Origin: Chitinophagales bacterium
GTDB lineage: Bacteria > Bacteroidota > Bacteroidia > Chitinophagales > JADIYW01
NCBI GenBank assembly: GCA_017984135.1
Contig: JAGNZZ010000003.1
Location: 74,660-138,659 of the forward strand
DNA length: 64,000 nt
Direction of reading: 5' to 3'
Of the stretch, positions 1-8,176 are shown in pieces (within the stretch, counting starts at the first letter, position 1; every line of letters starts with the position of its first letter). The notes beneath the pieces are model-generated. The model worked only from the letters and a program-made list of their open reading frames with translations. It searched no databases and had not been told where the DNA came from. The position numbers and the translations under genes are program-made.

Positions 1-74
1 AGCTTAGTAATTATTGCCAATTTTTGTAATTGTGGTGGTATTGGCTTTCCCGCTATATTATTAATTTCGGACAT
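1..74 (-). CDS. 5' end of an unidentified CDS that runs off the left edge of the window
   Basis: The minus-strand ATG at 74-72 overlaps the TAA stop of the upstream ORF by 1 nt (TAATG). The frame stays open to position 1 and translates MSEINNIAGKPIPPQLQKLAIITK. It is too short to assign a family. Confidence 0.3.
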   Translation of the reverse strand, partial: MSEINNIAGKPIPPQLQKLAIITK

Positions 75-562
75 TAATCTTCTATATTAATCATCGCTAG
101 GTCGAGCAAATGTTCTTCTTCGTAAGACACATTCAACATTCCTAAAAAACCACCAGAAGCACCTGCCACTTCACGTGCTAAGCTCTTCCAAGATTTCAAT
201 AATGCCTTGGCATAAAGTCCATCTACTAAAGCTAATACTTCATTTAGTTTCTCTATTTCTTCTACCAAAATTTTAGTTCGTGCATCTGCTTGTAGATGTT
301 CATACTTTGAAACCAATGTATCTAGTTCGATATTAAAACTTTCAGCAACCCACATATAATAATCGAACAACAAAGGCTCACCTACTGTTTTACGTAAGTT
401 GACCGTATATTTTGCTATCTCCATTTCTTTCTCATCAAAATTATTATCAGCGCCTCCAATTAAATAGGAAACAAATGCTGGAGCTTGAATTAAAACGTTT
501 TTCTGTTCCTCGTTTAAGTTATTAAAATGTACAATAGTCATCTCTATAAAATTTATGTGCAA
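74..562 (-). CDS. Hypothetical cytoplasmic protein, 162 aa, no family recognised
   Basis: Uninterrupted 162-codon ORF with no signal peptide and helical, charged composition. An alternative start at Met8 (541) is possible. It is translationally coupled to the next minus-strand ORF. Confidence 0.55.
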   Translation of the reverse strand: MHINFIEMTIVHFNNLNEEQKNVLIQAPAFVSYLIGGADNNFDEKEMEIAKYTVNLRKTVGEPLLFDYYMWVAESFNIELDTLVSKYEHLQADARTKILVEEIEKLNEVLALVDGLYAKALLKSWKSLAREVAGASGGFLGMLNVSYEEEHLLDLAMINIED

Positions 563-707
563 ACGTACGTATTTTTTTTATAAGTTGAAACAATCTAAAC
601 AGCTTGTATGTTCCTGCGTTCTTATAAAATTAGGGTTTGATTTAAAAATGTATTGATTTATTAATATTTATGTACTATATTGAATATTATTAACCAAAAA
701 TGAAATT

Positions 708-917
708 ATGAAAAAGAAAAATTTGTTTACCGTATTAGGACTAATGATTACCATTAGTTTATCTTCTTGCGTAAAAGATTGGAAATGTGAATGTACTGAT
801 GGCGTACATACTGAGGTTATGGCAATTTATCCTGATTCGAAAATGAAAGATGCTAAAAAATCATGTGATGATGTGGATGCGGCATTGGGTTCAGGTGTAA
901 GTTGTAAATTAAAATGA
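708..917 (+). CDS. Small Cys-rich lipoprotein, 69 aa
   Basis: Signal peptide ending in the lipobox-like LSSC. The mature part has four further Cys. A strong hairpin terminator follows directly. Confidence 0.55.
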   Translation: MKKKNLFTVLGLMITISLSSCVKDWKCECTDGVHTEVMAIYPDSKMKDAKKSCDDVDAALGSGVSCKLK

Positions 918-931
918 TGATTCATTTGTTT

Positions 932-967
932 AAAAAAATCCGAAACATTTATTTCGGATTTTTTTTT
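932..967. terminator. Bidirectional rho-independent terminator between convergent genes
   Basis: Stem ATCCGAAA (938-945) pairs with TTTCGGAT (952-959). An A-run lies upstream and a T-run downstream, so it reads as hairpin plus U-tract on both strands. Confidence 0.7.
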
Positions 968-2447
968 AATATGCTCTTGCAAATAATACACGTTCTTTGC
1001 TAGGTTTGCCTGTCAAGACGCACTTGCCATCTTCCAAAGGATTGTCTAGTGGAATACAACGAATCGTGGCTTTTGTCAGTTCTTTTATTTTCTCTTCGGT
1101 TTCTGCGGTTCCATCCCAATGGGCTAAAACAAAACCAGATTTTTCATCCAATACTTTTTGGAATGTTTCAAAATCTTCCACTTTCGTAATCTTGGAATCA
1201 CGGAACGACTTTGCCTTGTTGAACATATTTAGTTGGATGTCTTCTAACAAATTAGCAATTGTATCACTTAGGTTTTCTACAGGAATTTGAGATTTTTCTT
1301 TTGTATCTCTTCGAGCCATTTCTACCATTCCATTTGCTAAATCACGTGGTCCGATAACAATACGCAACGGAACACCTTTTAATTCATATTCTGCAAATTT
1401 AAATCCAGGTCGTTTCGTTTCATCACTATCCACCATGGCACGTATGCCCATTTTTGCCAAATCAGCCTTTAATTCATTGGCTTTGCCAATCATGCTATTG
1501 GTTTCTTCCATATTTTTAGATAAAAACGGAATTATAACTACTTGGTAAGGTGCAATTCGTGGTGGAAGCACCAAGCCATCATCATCGGCATGAGCCATAA
1601 TTAAAGCACCAATCAAACGAGTGGAAACACCCCAAGAAGTAGCCCAAACATATTCTTCTTCATTTTCTTTATTTTTAAAAGTAACTTCAAACGCCTTTGC
1701 AAAATTTTGTCCTAGAAAATGAGACGTGCCGGACTGCAATGCTTTTCCATCTTGCATCATAGCTTCAATGGTATAGGTATCTTCGGCTCCAGCAAAACGT
1801 TCGCTTTCAGATTTTACGCCTTTTATAACTGGCAATGCCATATAATTTTCTGCAAAATCAGCATATACATTAATCATTTGAATCGTTTCTGAAATGGCTT
1901 CTTGTTTAGTGGCATGTGCTGTATGACCTTCTTGCCATAAAAATTCAGCTGTTCGCAAAAATAAACGAGTACGCATTTCCCAGCGAACTACATTTGCCCA
2001 TTGGTTGACCAAAATGGGTAAATCTCTATAGGATTGAATCCATTTCTTGTAGGTATTCCAAATAATTGCTTCAGAAGTTGGACGAACGACAAGCTCTTCT
2101 TCTAATTTTGCTTCCGGATCGACCATTAACTTGCCTGGCTCAGCTGGATTGGCTTTTAATCTATAATGTGTCACTACGGCACATTCTTTAGCAAAACCTT
2201 CCGCGTTTTTTTCTTCCGCTTCAAATAAACTTTTAGGTACAAACAATGGAAAATACGCATTTAAATGTCCGGTTTCTTTAAATTTTTTATCTAATACGTC
2301 GCGCATATTTTCCCAAAGGCTGAAACCATAAGGTTTAATGACCATACAACCACGTACTGCTGAATAATCTGCCAATCCACTTTTTAAGACTAAATCATTG
2401 TACCATTCCGAATAATTCTCACTTCTACTTGTTATTTCTTTGCTCAT
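966..2447 (-). CDS. proS: Prolyl-tRNA synthetase (archaeal/eukaryote-like class II type, as in Bacteroidota)
   Basis: 493 aa. The N-terminal block [38 protein letters not shown] and the C-terminal ...RVLFARAY are characteristic of this ProRS subtype. Confidence 0.95.
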   Translation of the reverse strand: MSKEITSRSENYSEWYNDLVLKSGLADYSAVRGCMVIKPYGFSLWENMRDVLDKKFKETGHLNAYFPLFVPKSLFEAEEKNAEGFAKECAVVTHYRLKANPAEPGKLMVDPEAKLEEELVVRPTSEAIIWNTYKKWIQSYRDLPILVNQWANVVRWEMRTRLFLRTAEFLWQEGHTAHATKQEAISETIQMINVYADFAENYMALPVIKGVKSESERFAGAEDTYTIEAMMQDGKALQSGTSHFLGQNFAKAFEVTFKNKENEEEYVWATSWGVSTRLIGALIMAHADDDGLVLPPRIAPYQVVIIPFLSKNMEETNSMIGKANELKADLAKMGIRAMVDSDETKRPGFKFAEYELKGVPLRIVIGPRDLANGMVEMARRDTKEKSQIPVENLSDTIANLLEDIQLNMFNKAKSFRDSKITKVEDFETFQKVLDEKSGFVLAHWDGTAETEEKIKELTKATIRCIPLDNPLEDGKCVLTGKPSKERVLFARAY

Positions 2448-2506
2448 CGTTGTTTTGCTTATTGAATTCTATAAATTTTAACGTTTTTTGGTATGTTTTT
2501 TGAAAC

Positions 2507-2514
2507 TAAATTTG
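2507..2514 (+). promoter_or_regulatory. Candidate Bacteroidota -7 promoter box (TAnnTTTG)
   Basis: TAAATTTG lies 60 nt upstream of the ATG at 2575. This is a motif match only. Confidence 0.3.
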
Positions 2515-2574
2515 TATAATTTTAGTTTATCAAATGTAAGGCATTTTATTTTGTCACAAAATTAAACATCTATC

Positions 2575-3594
2575 ATGAAAAATTTAGCGTTACTTCCGTT
2601 TATATTTTTTAGCTTATTTATAAGCAATACTGTCATAGCCAATGATGATGTGTATGACAAACCTATGCAAAAAAAAGAAAAAGTAAAAAATACCTATCGA
2701 GAAACAACACCAACCAATTCGGCACCTGCGGAAGTAGAGAAAACAGTTCCATATCAAGAAGTAGAAACTACTAATACAAATAGAACCTACAACGACAACG
2801 ATGATTATAGCAATTCGAATGAGTATTACAGCAATGATTACAGCTCAGATTTTGGATATTCCAATAGAATAAGGAGATTTCACAATCCATCTATCCGATT
2901 TAATTATAGTTATGGATGGAATAATTATTACGATCCTTACAGTTCATACAACCAATTATTTGGATGGAATGACTGGAATTCTTATGTATTTACACCTAGT
3001 TGGATGCATAATTATTCTAACTTCTACAATCCATTTTGGAGCTCAGCTACAATAATTTTCATTCAACCAGGATTTAATAGCTGGTATAATTCTGGTTATT
3101 ATTCACCATGGAATTCTTGGAACAATTGGAACTACAATTACGGATTTTCACCATATTGTAATAATATTATTTACAATAATTATTACAATGGACATCCTCA
3201 GCAGCATCATTATGGAAATTATGGCGACAATAATTATTCCAATAAAAATATTGTAAACACACCACGAACGGGAACTTATTCAAATACACCCAGTAACAAT
3301 AACAACAATAACTCAACTAATTCGAACAACAACAATGGTGGTTGGAATGTGAATAACAATTCTAATTCCAACAATACTACAACAACTAAATCCAACAAAT
3401 GGACAGATAAAAAAGATACAGATACGCCAAAAAATAATGGAAATAATGGCTGGAGTAATCCGTATAAAAATAACAATACGAACAGCAATAATGGAAACGA
3501 AAATTATTCCAAACCTTCTAATAATAATGGAAATTGGAACAACAATAACTCAAACAATAATAGTGGAATAAAAATTGGTTCGCGTCCAAAATAA
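2575..3594 (+). CDS. Secreted low-complexity Asn/Tyr/Trp/Ser-rich protein, 339 aa
   Basis: N-terminal signal peptide (LLPFIFFSLFISNTVIA). A central aromatic/Asn region (WNNYYDPYSSYNQLFGWNDWNSY...) is followed by a C-terminal poly-Asn/Ser/Thr/Gly tract. By hand count about 85 of 339 residues are Asn. Confidence 0.75.
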   Translation: MKNLALLPFIFFSLFISNTVIANDDVYDKPMQKKEKVKNTYRETTPTNSAPAEVEKTVPYQEVETTNTNRTYNDNDDYSNSNEYYSNDYSSDFGYSNRIRRFHNPSIRFNYSYGWNNYYDPYSSYNQLFGWNDWNSYVFTPSWMHNYSNFYNPFWSSATIIFIQPGFNSWYNSGYYSPWNSWNNWNYNYGFSPYCNNIIYNNYYNGHPQQHHYGNYGDNNYSNKNIVNTPRTGTYSNTPSNNNNNNSTNSNNNNGGWNVNNNSNSNNTTTTKSNKWTDKKDTDTPKNNGNNGWSNPYKNNNTNSNNGNENYSKPSNNNGNWNNNNSNNNSGIKIGSRPK

Positions 3595-3613
3595 TCATTA
3601 CACATTTTACAAC

Positions 3614-5110
3614 ATGCGCAAACAAGTACTTTTATATAGCTTGCTATTTATTCTTGTATCAACATTACAAGCACAAACCGATATTGATGCCTTACGATAT
3701 GCCACGCCCAATGTGCAAGGAACCGCACGCAATGCGTCTGTTGGAAATACGATGGGAACGATAGGTGCTGAAATCAGTGCGCTTTCTACCAATCCTGCAG
3801 GCATAGGCAAGTTCAGTTCTACTGAATTTTCAATCACACCAGCTATTTCAATTAATAATACATCAGCAGATTACTTAAACCAATCACAAAAAACGTCAAA
3901 AGTAAATTTTCAGCTAAATAACTTAGGTGTTGTTATTTCGAGCAGATATGCAAATACATCTGCCGCAAAAAAATGGAATGGGCTTAAATTTGGTTTTGCT
4001 ATTAATAGACTGGCAAATTTTAATGAAAAATATTATTTCGGTGGATTAAACAGTCAAAATAGTCTTTTAACCTCTTATGGTGATTTACTAAAAGATAGAT
4101 CGATTATACAATCAGAAGAGGATGCAAAAACAAAATATCCATTTGGAGCAAGCATTGCCTATCAATTAGGATTAATCACATCAGATTCCGTTGGAAATAT
4201 TTATGTTGCAACCGATAGTGCCACGATGCAACAAGATTTTACAATAAGCAGAACTGGAGGAATTAATGAATTAGCCATTGGTGTTGCGAGTGTATATAAT
4301 GATAAAATTATGTTGGGTGCTTCCATCGGAATCCCTTTTTTAAATTATACAGAACGCATTCTTTTACAAGAGACAGATGCCTTACACACGATTGATGATT
4401 TAAATAATTTTTCAAACTTAAATTACTTAAAAACGCGTGGTGTTGGCTTTAATGTAAAAGTGGGAATTATAGGAATGCCTATACAAAATCTAAGACTATC
4501 TTTATCCTTGCAAACACCTGGAATTTTATTTATGCGTGATGCCTATTTAACCAGTATGGAAGTAGATTATGCTAGCTTAAGCGAAATTCTTACGGGCGAT
4601 TCACCAGATGGAAATTCAAGATATAAATATGTACAACCTTGGAAATTAAATGCCGGTGTTGGATATATACACAAATTTGGATTTTTAGCAGTAGAATATG
4701 AATTAAGCGATGCAGGAAATTCAAAGTTTAAATTCAACTTAGACGATATCTCCACTAAAATGTATGAAAATAGTGTAAATACTAGCATTAAAGGCAAATA
4801 TGGATTATTTCACACCATAAAATCCGGTGTTGAATTCAAATATAAATCGGTGCGATTTAGAGGTGGCGTACAATATAGAACCTCGCCATTTAAAAGTGCC
4901 GCAGCACCTACCAATATTACTACATCGAGTTTAACTTATTCTGCAGGAATAGGCTATAGAGGCACACGATTTTTTATAGATTTTGCTTATCTTCAAACGC
5001 ATAACAAAGAAATTTTTGTTCCTTACACAACGAATGCAGGAAATGTTCCATCAGCAGTTTTAAGCGTAAAAAAACCAGCTATTTTGTTAACTGTAGGATA
5101 TAAATTATAA
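3614..5110 (+). CDS. FadL/OmpP1-like outer-membrane beta-barrel protein
   Basis: Start moved to Met14 (MRKQVLLYSLLFILVSTLQAQ signal peptide). The N-terminal plug-like motif is DALRYATPNVQGTARNASVGNTMGTIGAEISALSTNPAGIG. Alternating beta-strand pattern throughout, ending ...LLTVGYKL. Confidence 0.65.
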   Translation: MRKQVLLYSLLFILVSTLQAQTDIDALRYATPNVQGTARNASVGNTMGTIGAEISALSTNPAGIGKFSSTEFSITPAISINNTSADYLNQSQKTSKVNFQLNNLGVVISSRYANTSAAKKWNGLKFGFAINRLANFNEKYYFGGLNSQNSLLTSYGDLLKDRSIIQSEEDAKTKYPFGASIAYQLGLITSDSVGNIYVATDSATMQQDFTISRTGGINELAIGVASVYNDKIMLGASIGIPFLNYTERILLQETDALHTIDDLNNFSNLNYLKTRGVGFNVKVGIIGMPIQNLRLSLSLQTPGILFMRDAYLTSMEVDYASLSEILTGDSPDGNSRYKYVQPWKLNAGVGYIHKFGFLAVEYELSDAGNSKFKFNLDDISTKMYENSVNTSIKGKYGLFHTIKSGVEFKYKSVRFRGGVQYRTSPFKSAAAPTNITTSSLTYSAGIGYRGTRFFIDFAYLQTHNKEIFVPYTTNAGNVPSAVLSVKKPAILLTVGYKL

Positions 5111-5132
5111 GTATCTTAGCAAGAAAATATCC

Positions 5133-5783
5133 TTGCAAACAACCACTACTTGGAAATGGAAATTAGCTCAAACCTTAGAATATAAATGGTGGGAGAATTA
5201 TTTAAAAAACAAAAATACACAAGAATATTTAGATTGGAAATTAACATATTGGGATAAGCTAATATTTTCCATCACACCATATTTTGAATTTCCTGAAAAC
5301 AAAAGAATACTCGATGCAGGTTGTGGTCCTGCTGGCATTTTCATGGCATTAAAAGGAAACCAAGTGGATGCGTTAGATCCATTAATAGAAAAATACAAAT
5401 CTCTTCCTCATTTTCTGCCACATGCTTTTTCATGGACGCAATTTAATGCCATTGCCTTAGAAGACTTGCAAGCTGAAAACACATACGATTATATATTTTG
5501 TATGAATGCCATTAATCATGTCAATGATATCAATAAATGTTACGACAATTTAGTACGAGCATTAAAACCGAATGGAATACTAGTGATTTCTACTGATGCA
5601 CATAAACATTCTTTTCTAAAAAAGATTTTCCAATTGATTCCTGGAGATGTTTTACATCCTATTCAACATAATTTACAAGAATACAACCAGTATTTAACCG
5701 AAAGAAATTTGAGCATCCTAAAAGATATTTTATATAAAGAAGAATTGATTTTTGATTATTATATTACGATAGCTAAAAAATAA
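5133..5783 (+). CDS. Class I SAM-dependent methyltransferase
   Basis: Motif I ILDAGCGPAG, with downstream DYIFCMNAINHV and LKPNGILVIS blocks. The ORF as given starts on TTG, and no in-frame ATG lies near the 5' end. Confidence 0.8.
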   Translation: MQTTTTWKWKLAQTLEYKWWENYLKNKNTQEYLDWKLTYWDKLIFSITPYFEFPENKRILDAGCGPAGIFMALKGNQVDALDPLIEKYKSLPHFLPHAFSWTQFNAIALEDLQAENTYDYIFCMNAINHVNDINKCYDNLVRALKPNGILVISTDAHKHSFLKKIFQLIPGDVLHPIQHNLQEYNQYLTERNLSILKDILYKEELIFDYYITIAKK

Positions 5784-5789
5784 AATTGG

Positions 5790-6698
5790 ATGGAAACATA
5801 CTTAAAAAGTTATGAGTTACACTCTAAAACTTATAAAGATATAGATAAAAATAAAGCTCAAAAATGGGTAAATGAAGACACTGTCGATTATTGGAGACAT
5901 AATCGGATGTATAATACATTGTTGCCTATTCTAAATAACTATCCAAACGCTAATTGGCTAACTATTGGCGATGGAAGGTATGGAACAGAAGCTCATTATC
6001 TATTAAAATACACTTCTAATGTATTAGCTACAGATATAGCAGAAGATTGTTTAAAAGCGGCAAAAGAAGAAGGTTTTATAACTAATTATAAAATTGAAAA
6101 TGCTGAAAATTTAACTTTCGAAAATAATACTTTTGATTTTACTCTTGTTAAGGAAGCCTATCATCATTTTCCAAGACCAATTATTGCTTTATACGAAATG
6201 CTACGTGTATCTAAAAAGGGTATAATCTTGATTGAACCTAATGACCAAAATTGCACTTCTCCTCAAAAGTTTAGTATAAATGAATCTCTATTTTGGTTAA
6301 AAAACAGCATAAAAAGTAGGATAAAAAATTTATTAGGTAGAGAGCGTTATTATGAACAAGGTAATTATGAGCCTTCCGGCAATTATGTTTACACAATTTC
6401 TGTAAGAGAAATTGAAAAAATTGCCTTAGGTTTAAATTACGATTTGATAGCTTTTAAAGGATTAAACGATCATTACATTAACGGAGTCGAATTTGAATTA
6501 TGCTCTGATAATGGCCCTTTATTCAAAGAAGTAAAAAAAGTTATAAAAGAACAAGATCGCGATGTAGAAAAAGGCAAACGTGTATGTGGTTTATTAACAG
6601 CTTTTATTTTCAAAGAAATGCCTAATAATGCATGCATTCAACAAATGGAAAAAGATGGTTTTAAGATAATTAAATTAAACAAAAATCCATATTTATAA
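5790..6698 (+). CDS. Class I SAM-dependent methyltransferase (second, different subfamily)
   Basis: Blocks WLTIGDGRYG, ATDIAEDCL, FDFTLVKEAYHHF and SKKGIILIEP fit the methyltransferase type 11/12 layout. It starts 6 nt after the previous gene. Confidence 0.75.
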   Translation: METYLKSYELHSKTYKDIDKNKAQKWVNEDTVDYWRHNRMYNTLLPILNNYPNANWLTIGDGRYGTEAHYLLKYTSNVLATDIAEDCLKAAKEEGFITNYKIENAENLTFENNTFDFTLVKEAYHHFPRPIIALYEMLRVSKKGIILIEPNDQNCTSPQKFSINESLFWLKNSIKSRIKNLLGRERYYEQGNYEPSGNYVYTISVREIEKIALGLNYDLIAFKGLNDHYINGVEFELCSDNGPLFKEVKKVIKEQDRDVEKGKRVCGLLTAFIFKEMPNNACIQQMEKDGFKIIKLNKNPYL

Positions 6699-6699
6699 T

Positions 6700-7983
6700 T
6701 TACTCCACTATAACCAAACTATAATCTTTCTTACCTTTTTTCACAACGATATACTTTCCATTAATTAAGTTATCTGAATTGATTATTCCGTTTACATCTG
6801 TATATTTATCTAAATTAATGGCGATTCCATTGGCACTTACTAATTTACGAGCTTCGCCTTTAGATGCAATTATTTGTGTTTCTTGTGCCAGCAAATCCAA
6901 GACATTTACGCCGCCAGAAATTTTATCCTTTTCTATTTTAAAAATGGGCACGCCTTCAAAAATATCTATAATTTGAGCATCGTTTAATTGTGCTAAATTT
7001 TCTTTTGTGGCTTTTCCAAATAATATTTCTGAAGCTTTTTGAGCTTGTTCTAAATCTGTTGCACTATGCACACGTATGGTAATTTCTTCCGCTAAAGCTT
7101 TCTGTAATATACGCAAATGCGGTGCTTCATTTTGTTGTGATTCCAAGGCTTCAATTTCAGTTTTATTTTTCATAGAAAACACGCGAATCCAATTTTTTAC
7201 ATCTTCATCGGCAGCATTTAACCAAAATTGATAAAATTTATATGGTGATGTTTTGGCTGCATCTAACCAAATATTGCCGGCTTCACTTTTTCCAAATTTA
7301 GTTCCATCTGCTTTTTTTATAAGTTGAGTAGTTAAAGCATACGCTTCGCCTTCGCCATTTGTTTTTCGGCGAATTAATTCTGTTCCGGTCACAATATTTC
7401 CCCATTGGTCACTGCCACCTAATTGTAATTTCACGCCATTGTTTTTCCATAAATGGTAAAAATCGTATCCTTGAATTAATTGGTAACAAAATTCAGTAAA
7501 CGACATGCCATTTTCCAATCGGTTTTTTACTGAATCTTTGCTCATCATGTAATTTACGGTAATATGTTTTCCTGTATCGCTGATAAAATCTAAGAAAGAA
7601 AAATTCTTAAACCAATCGTAATTATTTACTATTTCGGCCGCATTTGCGCCACAATTAAAATCCAAAAACTTTTCTAATTGTTTTTTTTGGCAAGATAAAT
7701 TATGTTGCAATAAATCTTCAGTCAACATATTTCGTTCCGTGCTTCTTCCACTTGGATCGCCTACAATTCCGGTTGCGCCACCTACTAAAGCAATCGGTTT
7801 GTGACCACAACGTTGAAAATGCAATAAGGTCATTACTTGTACCATGTTTCCAATTCCTAAGGAATCTGCCGTAGGATCGAAACCGATATATCCTTTTACA
7901 CTTTCTTTGTTTAATAAATCTTCCGTTCCAGGCATAATATCATGCAACATGCCGCGCCATTTTAATTCCTCAACAAAATTCAT
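6700..7983 (-). CDS. tyrS: Tyrosyl-tRNA synthetase, with a non-canonical HIGH motif
   Basis: 427 aa with [15 protein letters not shown]..., [18 protein letters not shown] (the KMSKS equivalent) and a C-terminal S4-like domain. The HIGH position reads GIGN. Confidence 0.93.
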   Translation of the reverse strand: MNFVEELKWRGMLHDIMPGTEDLLNKESVKGYIGFDPTADSLGIGNMVQVMTLLHFQRCGHKPIALVGGATGIVGDPSGRSTERNMLTEDLLQHNLSCQKKQLEKFLDFNCGANAAEIVNNYDWFKNFSFLDFISDTGKHITVNYMMSKDSVKNRLENGMSFTEFCYQLIQGYDFYHLWKNNGVKLQLGGSDQWGNIVTGTELIRRKTNGEGEAYALTTQLIKKADGTKFGKSEAGNIWLDAAKTSPYKFYQFWLNAADEDVKNWIRVFSMKNKTEIEALESQQNEAPHLRILQKALAEEITIRVHSATDLEQAQKASEILFGKATKENLAQLNDAQIIDIFEGVPIFKIEKDKISGGVNVLDLLAQETQIIASKGEARKLVSANGIAINLDKYTDVNGIINSDNLINGKYIVVKKGKKDYSLVIVE

Positions 7984-8000
7984 TTCTAATTATTTTGGTG

Positions 8001-8008
8001 CAAAAATA
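8001..8008 (-). promoter_or_regulatory. Candidate -7 promoter box for tyrS
   Basis: Plus-strand CAAAAATA equals TATTTTTG on the minus strand, about 18 nt upstream of the tyrS ATG. Confidence 0.35.
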
Positions 8009-8176
8009 CAAAATTGTAAAATGGTTTAAATGGTGTATTTGCCTATTTTTTCTATATTTATTGAAGATGCAACGAAAATTGTCAATACATTATCTATATA
8101 TTAAGAGAAAAATGGATAAATTTACGTAGTGTATTGTATGGAACAATGCGCATTAAAACTGAACCGTTTATATTGC

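Noticed and set aside
997-1290. 97-aa plus-strand ORF inside proS
   Set aside because: It is antisense to a confidently identified gene and has low-complexity Ser/Phe-rich composition. It is a typical shadow ORF.
3276-3488. 70-aa minus-strand ORF with poly-Leu/Phe sequence
   Set aside because: It is an artefact of reading the AAT/AAC codon repeats of the N-rich gene on the opposite strand.
3575-3613. N-terminal extensions of track ORFs starting at 3575, 8129, 9377, 15828, 28340, 33441, 42727 and 49403
   Set aside because: In each case an internal ATG gives a proper signal peptide or lipobox, or matches the usual family N-terminus. The extension would also overlap the upstream gene, or start on TTG in promoter-like AT-rich DNA.
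7984-8176. Possible T-box or attenuator leader for tyrS (and likewise 2448-2574 for proS)
   Set aside because: A -7 box lies only ~18 nt from the tyrS ATG. There is no specifier or terminator-antiterminator structure. To my knowledge T-box leaders are not a Bacteroidota feature.
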